DNA of 64,000 bases. Origin: an uncultured Paludibacter sp. (lineage in GTDB: Bacteria > Bacteroidota > Bacteroidia > Bacteroidales > Paludibacteraceae). Of the stretch, positions 32,745 through 41,990 are shown piece by piece. Below the pieces are notes generated by a model. That model had not been told where the DNA came from and ran no database searches. It saw only the letters and a program-made list of their open reading frames with translations. How positions within the stretch are numbered: the stretch's first letter is position 1; each line of letters starts with the position of its first letter. Location: the NCBI GenBank assembly GCA_963678465.1, contig OY782858.1, positions 877,810 through 941,809 on the forward strand, read 5' to 3'. Both the position numbers and the translations under genes were made by a program.

Positions 32745-33693
32745 TCTCCAAACCGGCATGTGTACCTGTATCTTCGTAGATGCAAGTATCATTTTCGAAC
32801 AATTGCAGCGTGATAGTTCCCGAAAGTCCTTCTTTGATCGACTGAATCATTGCACCGTTTTTGGGCGAAGGAAGCGAAATTGTTTTTTCGTTAAAGGCTT
32901 CGACGATCAGTTTTAACCTCCCTTTTTTTATCTCATAAATCACACTATCGCTTTTAATTGCTTTGGCTGTTACCTTCGCGCCATTATAAGTGGCAAACCG
33001 ATATTCCTGCCCGTGGATGATTAAATTTACAATCAAACCATTGAAGTGAAAAGCTTTAAACGGGATAATTGCCTCGGAAAACATAAAAGAGGTGACGGTG
33101 TTTTTAAAATGATTCGATTGCATCCACACATATTCGCGTGGAAAGGACTTACCCCAGTCCTTTTCAATATATCCCTTTCCACCGCCGAAATCCACTGATT
33201 TACCATCAATTGTAAGCTGGCCTTCGAGCACATGACTCATACTCACCACCCCATGATAACATTCCATAAACGTAAAAAAGGAGAAAAAACCCATTATCGA
33301 AGGAGAAAGCAATGAGGTTTCGATGGCTGTGTTGCCCGAAAATTGAAGCTTTCCCTGGATATTCAAATCCTTATTTTCAATCGAAATATCAATGCCCTGC
33401 CCGGTAAAAGTGTTTCGCTGTATGCTTAACGCAAAAGGACGATCGCTTGCAACGAAATCATTTTTATCGAACTCCACATAAATTGTTTTCAATTCCACAT
33501 GAGCATAGGTCACAAAAACCTGAATAAATGCATGTGAGTGCAGCTTGTTTAGGCTGATACCCGGAATCAACGCCACAGAGCAATTGCCATCGGCACTCAC
33601 CATTTTATAGTACCAACCTTCGAAATAATTTTTCTTTCTGAGATTTCCCTGAAACAGGATAGGATTCTTGATTTTGTGTAACATACGCCCCAT
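32728..33693 (-). CDS. Tocopherol cyclase family protein
   Basis: YFEGWYYK, SPSIMGFF, MECYHGVVSM, GKGYIEKDWGKSFPREYVWMQSN; start moved to MGRMLHK. Confidence 0.75.
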   Translation of the reverse strand: MGRMLHKIKNPILFQGNLRKKNYFEGWYYKMVSADGNCSVALIPGISLNKLHSHAFIQVFVTYAHVELKTIYVEFDKNDFVASDRPFALSIQRNTFTGQGIDISIENKDLNIQGKLQFSGNTAIETSLLSPSIMGFFSFFTFMECYHGVVSMSHVLEGQLTIDGKSVDFGGGKGYIEKDWGKSFPREYVWMQSNHFKNTVTSFMFSEAIIPFKAFHFNGLIVNLIIHGQEYRFATYNGAKVTAKAIKSDSVIYEIKKGRLKLIVEAFNEKTISLPSPKNGAMIQSIKEGLSGTITLQLFENDTCIYEDTGTHAGLEIMMHQ

Positions 33694-33770
33694 TTTATAA
33701 ACAATTTCGCAAGTATACAACAAAATTCCGACTTGTGCCCGATATTGGAGAAAAAAGCTTGTGTTTGCGG

Positions 33771-33801
33771 GTCGGAGTGCAACTGCAAGTCGCACCCCGA
33801 C
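33771..33801. repeat. GC-rich REP-like palindrome
   Basis: gtcggagtgcaact-gca-agtcgcaccccgac imperfect inverted repeat with no T tail, between divergent genes. Confidence 0.55.
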
Positions 33802-33889
33802 TTAGTAAATATAGAAATTATTGGAGGTGTTGGAGAAAATATTTTGTATATCGATTCGTTATTCATAAAAATATATGTTACTTTGCAGC

Positions 33890-34672
33890 ATGGATAAAAT
33901 AGGTCAAATAGAAATTCGCGTTACCGGAACTGTGGGTAATATGGAACTGACTCCTGATAATTACGACATCAGAGAGATTATTTCCATGCTCGAAAATGCC
34001 GAAAATCTGCTCTATCCAAATGACAAAAAAGACCGACCAACTATAAGTTATAGTATTGAAAATGGTTCTGTGCGTCATATTTTCAAGACCTCTGTTCAGT
34101 ATATTATTGGTTTTAATGCCATTATAGGACAGGTGCAACAAATGCAGAGTATCGACTTTCTCGATCTTTCAACAGCCAAAGCATTTGAGAGTATTCAGGA
34201 AATGGCCGTAAAACGCGACTATACTTTCAGCATTAAAACTTCTCTCGATCACACAAACGAAATAATCGTTGACCGAAATTCAGCTTTCAGAAGAAGTGAA
34301 TCAGTTTGGGGTGACGCCGAATTTTACTTTTACGGTAAAGTTACCAATGCAGGTGGAAAAGACAAAGCCAATATTCATATATATACTGACATGCTGGGCA
34401 CTGTCAGGGTTCAGACTCCGATTAGCTTCTTGGAAAACTACGAAGAAAACCTCCTTTACAAAACTTTGGGTATCAGAGCGCTTGGTAAACAACATTCTGA
34501 AACCGGAGAAATTGATACTTCTTCGTTGAAGTTTGTCGAATTGGTTGATTATCAACTAAAATATGATAAAGACTATTTGAGTGAGCTACGCAAAAAAGCA
34601 AAAAAAAACTGGCTCGGAAATATAAATGCCGACAATTGGTTAAATGAATTAAGAGGAGGTTACGATGCCTAA
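33890..34672 (+). CDS. Hypothetical protein, upstream partner of the PIN nuclease
   Basis: About 260 aa with no family recognised; stop overlaps the PIN start by 8 nt. Confidence 0.85.
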   Translation: MDKIGQIEIRVTGTVGNMELTPDNYDIREIISMLENAENLLYPNDKKDRPTISYSIENGSVRHIFKTSVQYIIGFNAIIGQVQQMQSIDFLDLSTAKAFESIQEMAVKRDYTFSIKTSLDHTNEIIVDRNSAFRRSESVWGDAEFYFYGKVTNAGGKDKANIHIYTDMLGTVRVQTPISFLENYEENLLYKTLGIRALGKQHSETGEIDTSSLKFVELVDYQLKYDKDYLSELRKKAKKNWLGNINADNWLNELRGGYDA

Positions 34673-35144
34673 ATCAGTCCTGCTCGATACCAGTTTCTTC
34701 CTACGGTTTCTCAACGACGAAGATCCCTTATTCAATAATGCCGATAAGTACTTTCGGTATTTTATTGATAACGAAATCAATCTTATGATTTCAACAATAT
34801 CAATTGCTGAATACTGTGTGGGTGGAGATATACACGAATTACCACTCCGCAACCTGCAGATAGTACCTTTCAATCTTGAACATGCAAAACGTACAGGTGA
34901 ATTTGCACGGATTGTCTTCCGAAACAAAGCAAAACTGAAACTCAAGGAACGTAACATCATCCCCAACGACACCAAACTCTTTGCACAAGCTGATATTGAA
35001 GCGGGTGTAGATTATTACCTTTCATCGGACACCGAAAGCATTAAGATTTATCAACTGCTCAAACAGGTATCAAATCCCCGTTTTCAATTTATTGATCTGA
35101 ATACTCCCTATCACCAAACTTTTGGGGTGATTAACTTTGAATAA
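34665..35144 (+). CDS. PIN-domain (VapC-like) nuclease
   Basis: VLLDTSFF, STISIAEY, PNDTKLFAQA, LSSD give the four acidic PIN catalytic positions in about 160 aa. Confidence 0.78.
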   Translation: MPKSVLLDTSFFLRFLNDEDPLFNNADKYFRYFIDNEINLMISTISIAEYCVGGDIHELPLRNLQIVPFNLEHAKRTGEFARIVFRNKAKLKLKERNIIPNDTKLFAQADIEAGVDYYLSSDTESIKIYQLLKQVSNPRFQFIDLNTPYHQTFGVINFE

Positions 35145-35166
35145 ATTCTTATTTGGATACCTTCGT

Positions 35167-35448
35167 TCAGGATAATTCGTATTCGTTTGTAGGTTCGCTG
35201 GCTATCTGATTATCCAACGGCTTACTATCCCTGTATAGAATTTCCGGATCCATATCGGCCTCGTTATCCCACTCAACACTGTCAAAGCTAATCCTGACTT
35301 TATTAAATAAAGCAATGTTTTTCAGCTCCTGAAAAATACCTGTTCCCAGATAGGGTTTCATATCAAACAGCCTTACTTCTCCATTGGCAAAAGTAAGAAT
35401 CAACTGATAGTTTGAAGTGGGTAACACTTTCTTCACTGCTAAATACAT
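35167..35448 (-). CDS. DUF2442 domain protein
   Basis: YQLILTFANGEVRLFDMKPYL, VEWDNEADMDPEILY. Confidence 0.8.
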   Translation of the reverse strand: MYLAVKKVLPTSNYQLILTFANGEVRLFDMKPYLGTGIFQELKNIALFNKVRISFDSVEWDNEADMDPEILYRDSKPLDNQIASEPTNEYELS

Positions 35449-35550
35449 ACTACCTTTATAATCTGAAAGCCTTCAGCGCACAATCAATAGCAGAATACTA
35501 TTGATTTAATATGTTGAGAAATAAGTTTTAAAAATTCTTTTTTTGTATTG

Positions 35551-35558
35551 CAAACTTA
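35551..35558 (-). promoter_or_regulatory. -7 promoter box (TAAGTTTG) for DUF2442
   Basis: caaactta on the + strand about 100 nt upstream of the ATG. Confidence 0.5.
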
Positions 35559-35869
35559 CATAAAAACAATGAATAGTGCAACCATAGCTGGTCAAAAATG
35601 AGATATTGCATATTATCCTTATCCCCTGCTCCTCTTCGTTACGGAAAGATAATTTTTTATAGTCAATCTGAGTACAAAAAATTCAATAACTTTTGCTCAT
35701 AGCTTCAATCAACTGAATACGTATTCCGATACTTAATTACAAAAAACAATAAGTTTTACTGCAAATATGTGTTTTTTATTTAAAAAACATTAAACCAATT
35801 TATGTTGCAGATTGTTTTAATGACGTGTTATTCAACAAATAATTCAATAGTCATTTACCCTTAAAACTA

Positions 35870-37186
35870 ATGGTCATGAAACAACACTACATTATTCACA
35901 AAAGCTTTTTGCTTACAATGTTAAGCATACTGCTTATTCTTCCCGGCCTTTATGCGCAATTCACACCCGGCGAGGGCGGAACTCTCCCCACTTTTACTCA
36001 GTTCACTCAACCCGAAGGAAAGTTTGGTGGGCTCTTTCTGAAGTATTCGCATCGTCAGAACGGATTCTTTGCCGGAAGTGGCACCTATGCCGAAGTTGAC
36101 ATGGAATTTCCGACTCCTTCGGCGATAGGCGCCAACAGTTACACTGTTCAGATTTCAGCCAATAACGGGCAGTCGTGGAGCAATTATCAACACAATTACG
36201 AGGATTTGGTACTTACAGGAGATAATTTTAGTCTCTCGCCTGATGGTTCGTACACTTTCAGACTACTTGCAAACGGCGGACCCAAAAATGGCTTCACTTC
36301 CAACGAAGTTTTGGCTTCGCTCTCGGGCATCGAAACCCGTTTTGCTGGCTGGAGCCTCGACGAAAGTATGTTTCTTACCGGCATTATGGCGCCCAATATC
36401 GGTCGTGGTCTTGAAGCTGGCTTTACTGTACGCAAGCTTTCGGACGACAGTGATGTTACAGGGCATCTTACTTATCAATGGTTCAGGGTAAATCCGCTTA
36501 CTTCTGAAATGACTGTTATCGATGGCGCTACCGGGCTCACATATGCCACTACAAATGCCGATGCAGGGTATAAACTGGCTATCAGAGCCACCGGCGACGA
36601 AACAGAAGTGGGCGGTATGGCTCAGATTCTTTCCTCCTGGCCCAACCAGATTACAAACAATGCCTACGCTTCCAACGTTGACCAAACGGGTTTTAATCTC
36701 TATTTGCACAAAGGACTTACTGCTCTTACAGCGGCCCAACTCGAACTTACAGATGTTGATGCGAACGTTGTGCCCATCACCAATGTACAGACAATTGACA
36801 ACAATGCTTCCTTCCGCATTTCGGCTGCGCTCGATCCGGCTAAAACACCTTTTCACCTTGTAAACAAATCTGATTTCTGGCAAATTGTTACGCAAATGGA
36901 AGGTATGCACATGTCAATGCCTGGAGTTAATATCGATTTCGGAACAGGGCTTAGTAAAACCGACCTAAAAACTGTATTTACTTTGAAAAACAATTGTTTG
37001 ACATTCAACTCTACTGAAATTATCGACAAGATCAGCATCACCGACCTGAGTGGACGCCTGATTTGTGAAGCATTTCCGGGAGCAAATGCAGGAATTATAA
37101 GTACTCGTTCGCTTCTGCAAAGTGCCTATATCATTCAGTATCAAATCAACAACATTGTTCATTCACAAAAAATAATCTCCGAATAG
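35870..37186 (+). CDS. Secreted protein with a probable T9SS C-terminal domain
   Basis: Signal peptide ending LYAQ; Ig-like segment LTYQWFR...IDGATGLTY; CTD-like tail ISITDLSGRLI...SAYIIQYQINNIVHSQKII. Confidence 0.7.
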   Translation: MVMKQHYIIHKSFLLTMLSILLILPGLYAQFTPGEGGTLPTFTQFTQPEGKFGGLFLKYSHRQNGFFAGSGTYAEVDMEFPTPSAIGANSYTVQISANNGQSWSNYQHNYEDLVLTGDNFSLSPDGSYTFRLLANGGPKNGFTSNEVLASLSGIETRFAGWSLDESMFLTGIMAPNIGRGLEAGFTVRKLSDDSDVTGHLTYQWFRVNPLTSEMTVIDGATGLTYATTNADAGYKLAIRATGDETEVGGMAQILSSWPNQITNNAYASNVDQTGFNLYLHKGLTALTAAQLELTDVDANVVPITNVQTIDNNASFRISAALDPAKTPFHLVNKSDFWQIVTQMEGMHMSMPGVNIDFGTGLSKTDLKTVFTLKNNCLTFNSTEIIDKISITDLSGRLICEAFPGANAGIISTRSLLQSAYIIQYQINNIVHSQKIISE

Positions 37187-37201
37187 ATTAAATAAGTTTG
37201 T

Positions 37202-37238
37202 AAGCCTAACAGTAAAAAAAGCTGTTAGGCTTATTTTT
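37202..37238 (+). terminator. Terminator
   Basis: aagcctaacag-taaaaaaag-ctgttaggctt followed by attttt. Confidence 0.8.
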
Positions 37239-37496
37239 TATGTCGATTTCATTTCTTCTCGCATGCTACCGTCTTTTTCAATATGCGCTATACTTTTCGT
37301 TGTATTCTCAGGCAGCTGCAGCAGTCCCAAATGATAGTTCTTTGACTTTAGGAGCAAAATTGTAAAATATATTACAACAATATAGCATTAAATCTTACTT
37401 TTTTCATTTTAATATTTAAAAATTCAAAACAAATAAATATATTTGCAAAAGTCTTTTTCCTGTCATTAATAATTCCCTTGATCTTTTTACAATGAT

Positions 37497-39419
37497 ATGA
37501 ATAAAAATCTTTACATTATTCAGATTCTTAGTTTGCTTACGTTTGGTTTAGGTTGTGTTGATGCTTTTGCACAATCGTCGTTTAATGCGAAGTATGAAGC
37601 TGCAAAGTTTAAAAATGACACCACTGCTATGATACAATCGCTAAAATTTTGGGGCGATTCGTTGAGCGAAGAGGCTGATTTCGAGCATGGCGATAGCTTG
37701 CTCACCATGGCAATTGCGTTGTCCGAAGATTCGAAAAACAATTATGAAGCAGGAATTATCTACAATCTGCTGGCTTCCAATGCCAGTTATTCGGGCAATC
37801 GCCCACTGGCGTTGCGCTATTACCACAAAGCATTGAAAGCTTTTTACGATATCCGCGATGCCGACAAGGTAGCCATGATAATGTTGAACATGGGTTCGGA
37901 GTACGAATATGCCGGAAATCTGAAACTGGCCATCGCCTACAAACTCAAAGCACTGAAAAATAAACTTGCTTCCGGAAAAAAGAAAAATCTCGATTATTAT
38001 TATCAGCAGGTGGGACAACTTTTTAAAGAAACCAACACCGATAAATGGGAGTTTTACGTGAAAAAAGCCTATGAGGTTTCGCGTACTTTGACCGATAGTC
38101 GCATTCAGACAAAGGCCGGTATTTTCAACGATTTGGGTGGAATAAGCAAACTGCGCGGAAAAAGCGATGAAGCGCTGGCCTGGTACGATTCGATGCTTGT
38201 TATTTCGCAGGCAAACAATTATATCACGGGTTTGGGTACAGGTTATTCCAATCGAAGTCTCATTTATATGTCGCAGGAAAAATATCCCGAAGCTTTTGCC
38301 GATGTTCTGAAAGCCATTGACTACGCGCAGCAAAGCGGAAAAATATACGCGCAGATCATCGACCGCATACACGCCGCCAATATTCTTGAAAAAATGAACC
38401 GATATACTGAGGCCGGACTTTATGCGCAAAAAGCGCTGACGCTCGCCCGTGAGTACAAAACTTATCCCGAAGAGGAAGCACAGGCGCATTTGGCATTGGC
38501 ACGTATTGGCGAAAAATCCAAAGACTGGAAAATGGCTTACGAGCATTACAACGCCTACAAAGAAGGTATCGACTCGCTTCGAAATGCCGATGTGGAGAAA
38601 AACCTGCACGAGATGGAGCTGAAATATCAGACTTCGGAAAAAGAAAAGGAAATTGAACGACTCGACTATGAAAACAAGGTAAAAACACTTACATATCAGC
38701 GTCGTAAATCATTATTTGCCGCAGTTATTTTTATTATTGTTCTTTTTGCTGCCATGTTATTTCTGTGGTCGCGCCGTAAGCTGTCCGAAACACGCAAGGA
38801 ACAAGCCGAGCTCAGGGAAAAACTGCTTCGCTCGCAAATGAATCCGCATTTTATTTTTAATACGCTGAATGCAATTAATCAGTACGTTCAGTCTGGGAAA
38901 AGCGAGGAAGCTTCAGGTTTTCTCTCACGATACTCGCGACTTATGCGCCAGATTCTCGAAAACTCTAACGAGCGTTTTATTTCGCTGACTGATGAAATTG
39001 AATTCCTGAACAATTACCTGAAAATGCAGCAGTTGCGTTTCGGAATTAGTTTCGGATTTGAAATCAGTGTAGGCGAAGGCATTGATGCTGATAATACCGA
39101 AATTCCGCCAATGATAGCCCAACCTTTTATCGAAAATGCCGTTGAACATGGCATTCGGGGTGTCGAAAACGGACTGATTACGGTAACTTTTACCACCATT
39201 GGCAAAGAACTTATACTTACTGTGACTGACAATGGTGTGGGTATGAAAAATGCTGAACCCGTTGCAAATCATCGCTCTATGGCCATCGATATTACGCTGG
39301 GCCGACTGCAAATGCCGGGCGGTCGACCCGATAGTTTGACGATAGAAAGTCCCGTATCTGAAACCCAAAGAGGTACACGCATTAGTATGGCCATTCCTTT
39401 TAAAAAGTACAATACATGA
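37497..39419 (+). CDS. TPR-repeat LytS-type sensor histidine kinase
   Basis: Signal peptide, TPR-like helical repeats, one TM, LLRSQMNPHFIFNTLN, QPFIENAVEHG, VTDNGVG. Confidence 0.9.
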   Translation: MNKNLYIIQILSLLTFGLGCVDAFAQSSFNAKYEAAKFKNDTTAMIQSLKFWGDSLSEEADFEHGDSLLTMAIALSEDSKNNYEAGIIYNLLASNASYSGNRPLALRYYHKALKAFYDIRDADKVAMIMLNMGSEYEYAGNLKLAIAYKLKALKNKLASGKKKNLDYYYQQVGQLFKETNTDKWEFYVKKAYEVSRTLTDSRIQTKAGIFNDLGGISKLRGKSDEALAWYDSMLVISQANNYITGLGTGYSNRSLIYMSQEKYPEAFADVLKAIDYAQQSGKIYAQIIDRIHAANILEKMNRYTEAGLYAQKALTLAREYKTYPEEEAQAHLALARIGEKSKDWKMAYEHYNAYKEGIDSLRNADVEKNLHEMELKYQTSEKEKEIERLDYENKVKTLTYQRRKSLFAAVIFIIVLFAAMLFLWSRRKLSETRKEQAELREKLLRSQMNPHFIFNTLNAINQYVQSGKSEEASGFLSRYSRLMRQILENSNERFISLTDEIEFLNNYLKMQQLRFGISFGFEISVGEGIDADNTEIPPMIAQPFIENAVEHGIRGVENGLITVTFTTIGKELILTVTDNGVGMKNAEPVANHRSMAIDITLGRLQMPGGRPDSLTIESPVSETQRGTRISMAIPFKKYNT

Positions 39420-40159
39420 AGATTCTGATTGTCGACGACGAAGCGCCTGCCCGTGAAATTATCCGGCATCTTTTGCAAAAATATTTTCCTGAAACCACTG
39501 TTTGTGCCGAAGCTGTGTCGGTCGAACAGGCTTATCAGGCTGTTTTGCTGCACAATCCCGATTTGGTATTGCTCGATGTGGATATGCCCGATGGAACTGC
39601 TTTTGATTTTTTGCGAAAGCTCACTTCAGTTAATTTCAGTATTATTTTTATTACTGCGTACGAAAAATATGCCCTGCAGGCAATAAAATTCAGCGCCCTC
39701 GATTATTTACTGAAACCATTTTCGGAAGGTGAATTTGTTGATGCAATACGAAAAGCGCAACGTAAGGAGAACGCAACTGAGTCCGGTTTAAAGTTTAATG
39801 CCTTGCTTCATAACTTTCAAACCAACCGGCAACCCTCCAAAATTGTATTGCGTACAGCCGATTCCATTCACGTTATTCAGCTCGACAATATTATCCGCCT
39901 GCAAGCCGATGGAGCATACACCACCTTTTATATTTCGGGTCGAAAACCGGTAGTTGTTTCAAAAAACCTCAAAGAATACGACACTTTGCTCGAAAATAAC
40001 GGTTTTATCCGAACACATCAGTCCCATTTGGTAAATACCAAATATATTGAATGTTACCATAAAATTGATGGCGGTTCATTGGGACTAACAGATAAAACAC
40101 AAGTCCCTGTAGCGACACGTTTTAAGGATAGAGTCATTCAGAATTTAGAAAAAATATAG
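39416..40159 (+). CDS. LytR/AlgR-family response regulator
   Basis: IVDDE, LLDVDMPD, FITAY, YLLKP, and LytTR FIRTHQSHLVN; 4-nt overlap with the kinase. Confidence 0.93.
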   Translation: MKILIVDDEAPAREIIRHLLQKYFPETTVCAEAVSVEQAYQAVLLHNPDLVLLDVDMPDGTAFDFLRKLTSVNFSIIFITAYEKYALQAIKFSALDYLLKPFSEGEFVDAIRKAQRKENATESGLKFNALLHNFQTNRQPSKIVLRTADSIHVIQLDNIIRLQADGAYTTFYISGRKPVVVSKNLKEYDTLLENNGFIRTHQSHLVNTKYIECYHKIDGGSLGLTDKTQVPVATRFKDRVIQNLEKI

Positions 40160-40231
40160 CATATTGCTCTGTATTTATTCAAAAGCAATACAGTTTTCGA
40201 CAGCACTTATAAAAATTTCCAAAGCACATTT

Positions 40232-40271
40232 AAAGCAGACGCTGGCTTATATAAAAGTCAGCGTCTGCTTT
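40232..40271 (+). terminator. Hairpin/terminator after the two-component pair
   Basis: aaagcagacgctg...cagcgtctgcttt inverted repeat. Confidence 0.65.
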
Positions 40272-40313
40272 GTTTTGTTCCATCTATTTTTGTTGATGAA
40301 AAAAAGTTGGTCT

Positions 40314-40688
40314 ATGAACATCAATAAAATCATATCCATAAATACAAAGACGAATCAATTGGTTTACGAAACAGCTGATAATATAATCACAAAGTTGAAT
40401 GAATCGGTTGTTCGGGCGGAGTTGGAAACTAAAAGCAAATTGGTGCTGTATGGCAATGAACAAGAGTTGGAGTTAATCAACCCGGACAGAAAAACCATTC
40501 AACTCCTTTTAGACTCCGGCTTTTTGCAGGTTCATAAAAAGCATCTGATCAATACCGAATACATAATCCGTATACGAATTGAAGAACATCAAATAGAACT
40601 GCTCAATGGTATAACAATACCTTATACAGTCGACTACAGGAAGAATATTGAAAGTTTTCTGAAATCAATCACAACAATCAACCACTAA
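40314..40688 (+). CDS. Stand-alone LytTR DNA-binding domain protein
   Basis: FLQVHKKHLINTEYI...IELLNGITIP; no receiver domain; start uncertain (40296 or 40314). Confidence 0.7.
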   Translation: MNINKIISINTKTNQLVYETADNIITKLNESVVRAELETKSKLVLYGNEQELELINPDRKTIQLLLDSGFLQVHKKHLINTEYIIRIRIEEHQIELLNGITIPYTVDYRKNIESFLKSITTINH

Positions 40689-40698
40689 AATTTATAAT

Positions 40699-41979
40699 AT
40701 GAGATCGAAATTACACATTATCGTAATAGGCTTATTTATTACTATAGCGGGAGCTCACAGTCAAATTAGCCTAAACAAAGTGTTGAAAAATGTAAAAAAG
40801 AATGCTGAGAAACAAATTGAACAACGCATTGAGCGCAAAGCAGATAAAGCTGTGGACAAAACCCTGGATAAGGCAGAAGAAAGCATTGACAATACAGTGA
40901 AAAATGTTGGCAAAAAAAAGGATGAAGATAAAGAAAAGAAAGACAAGAATATACCCGCCCAAGATGAACAGGTAAAACAGGAAACACCTACTGTTGAAAA
41001 AGCATCTCCCGTATTAACATGGAATAAATATGATTTTGTACCCGGTACCGAAATTATTTTTGAGGACAATCAGGAGGGAGAACAAAACGGGGAATTTCCC
41101 GGTAAATGGGATTTAGCTGGTGGGGTTGTTGAAAACGCATTTTTCGATGCATCCAATGTTATTTTTTTCAGGGAAATTGGGAATACAGGTGGCATTACCC
41201 CGTTGCTGAAAGACAGTAAAAGTGATTACTTGCCCGATGAGTTTACCATTGAGTTTGATTGCTATTTCGAGAAGGAAGTTTACAGTCAGCGATATAGCGT
41301 ATACTTTTATGCCTCAAAAAAACAAAAAACTGTTTTAAACAGGCTGGTTCTATATACCAATCAGGCACAATATGGAAATACCGATATTCAGGGAATTTAT
41401 CCCGGTGCCAGTCGTTCAAACATTGATAAGAATGCGCGATGGCGTCATATTGCGATTTCTTTTAATAAAAGGGCATTAAAAGTTTACATGGATGATGCTC
41501 GGTTGCTAAATATCCCTAATATCGAAGCAAACCCTACCGGATTGACAATTGGTACCACAAGTCAGAAATCAGGTTACTATTTTATTAAAAATGTCCGTAT
41601 TGCCAAAGGCGCTGTTCCATTGTATGACAAATTCCTAACCGATGGTAAATTCGTTACCACCGGTATCAAATTCGATGTAGCCAAAGCTAGCATTAAGCCC
41701 GAAAGTATGGGGACTATTAACTATGTGGTAAAAATGATGACCGACCATCCGGAGCTCAATTTCAGCGTTGAAGGTCATACCGATAGCGATGGCGAGTCGG
41801 CTTCCAATCAGAAACTATCCGAAGCTCGCGCAAAAGCAGTAACTGAAACGATGATAAATGCAGGCATCAGCGCTGATCGATTGTCAAGCAAAGGATATGG
41901 CGAAACTAAACCAATGACCAGCAACGATACGCCCGAAGGGAAAGCGCAGAACAGAAGAGTAGAGTTTGTGAAATTTTAA
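40699..41979 (+). CDS. OmpA-family protein (C-terminal peptidoglycan-binding domain)
   Basis: Signal peptide; FDVAKASIKPES, VEGHTDSDG, NQKLSEARAKAV, GYGETKP, QNRRVEF; beta-sandwich middle region. Confidence 0.9.
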   Translation: MRSKLHIIVIGLFITIAGAHSQISLNKVLKNVKKNAEKQIEQRIERKADKAVDKTLDKAEESIDNTVKNVGKKKDEDKEKKDKNIPAQDEQVKQETPTVEKASPVLTWNKYDFVPGTEIIFEDNQEGEQNGEFPGKWDLAGGVVENAFFDASNVIFFREIGNTGGITPLLKDSKSDYLPDEFTIEFDCYFEKEVYSQRYSVYFYASKKQKTVLNRLVLYTNQAQYGNTDIQGIYPGASRSNIDKNARWRHIAISFNKRALKVYMDDARLLNIPNIEANPTGLTIGTTSQKSGYYFIKNVRIAKGAVPLYDKFLTDGKFVTTGIKFDVAKASIKPESMGTINYVVKMMTDHPELNFSVEGHTDSDGESASNQKLSEARAKAVTETMINAGISADRLSSKGYGETKPMTSNDTPEGKAQNRRVEFVKF

Positions 41980-41990
41980 AAAATAAAAAT

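Noticed and set aside
37240-37390. TPP riboswitch-like CTGAGAATAC, or tiny minus-strand ORFs (one ends GTAAAA-stop, tmRNA-tag-like)
   Set aside because: The rest of the TPP core is absent, there are no tRNA-like tmRNA ends, and the ORFs are too short and unsupported; possibly a gene remnant.
37641-38609. 322-aa minus-strand ORF, and similar long antisense ORFs such as 48010-49074, 58865-59704 and 36263-36910
   Set aside because: Antisense shadows of well-supported genes on the opposite strand.
40158-40230. LytTR direct-repeat operator (agca motifs)
   Set aside because: Spacing is irregular (26, 18 and 21 nt) and the match is too short to support.
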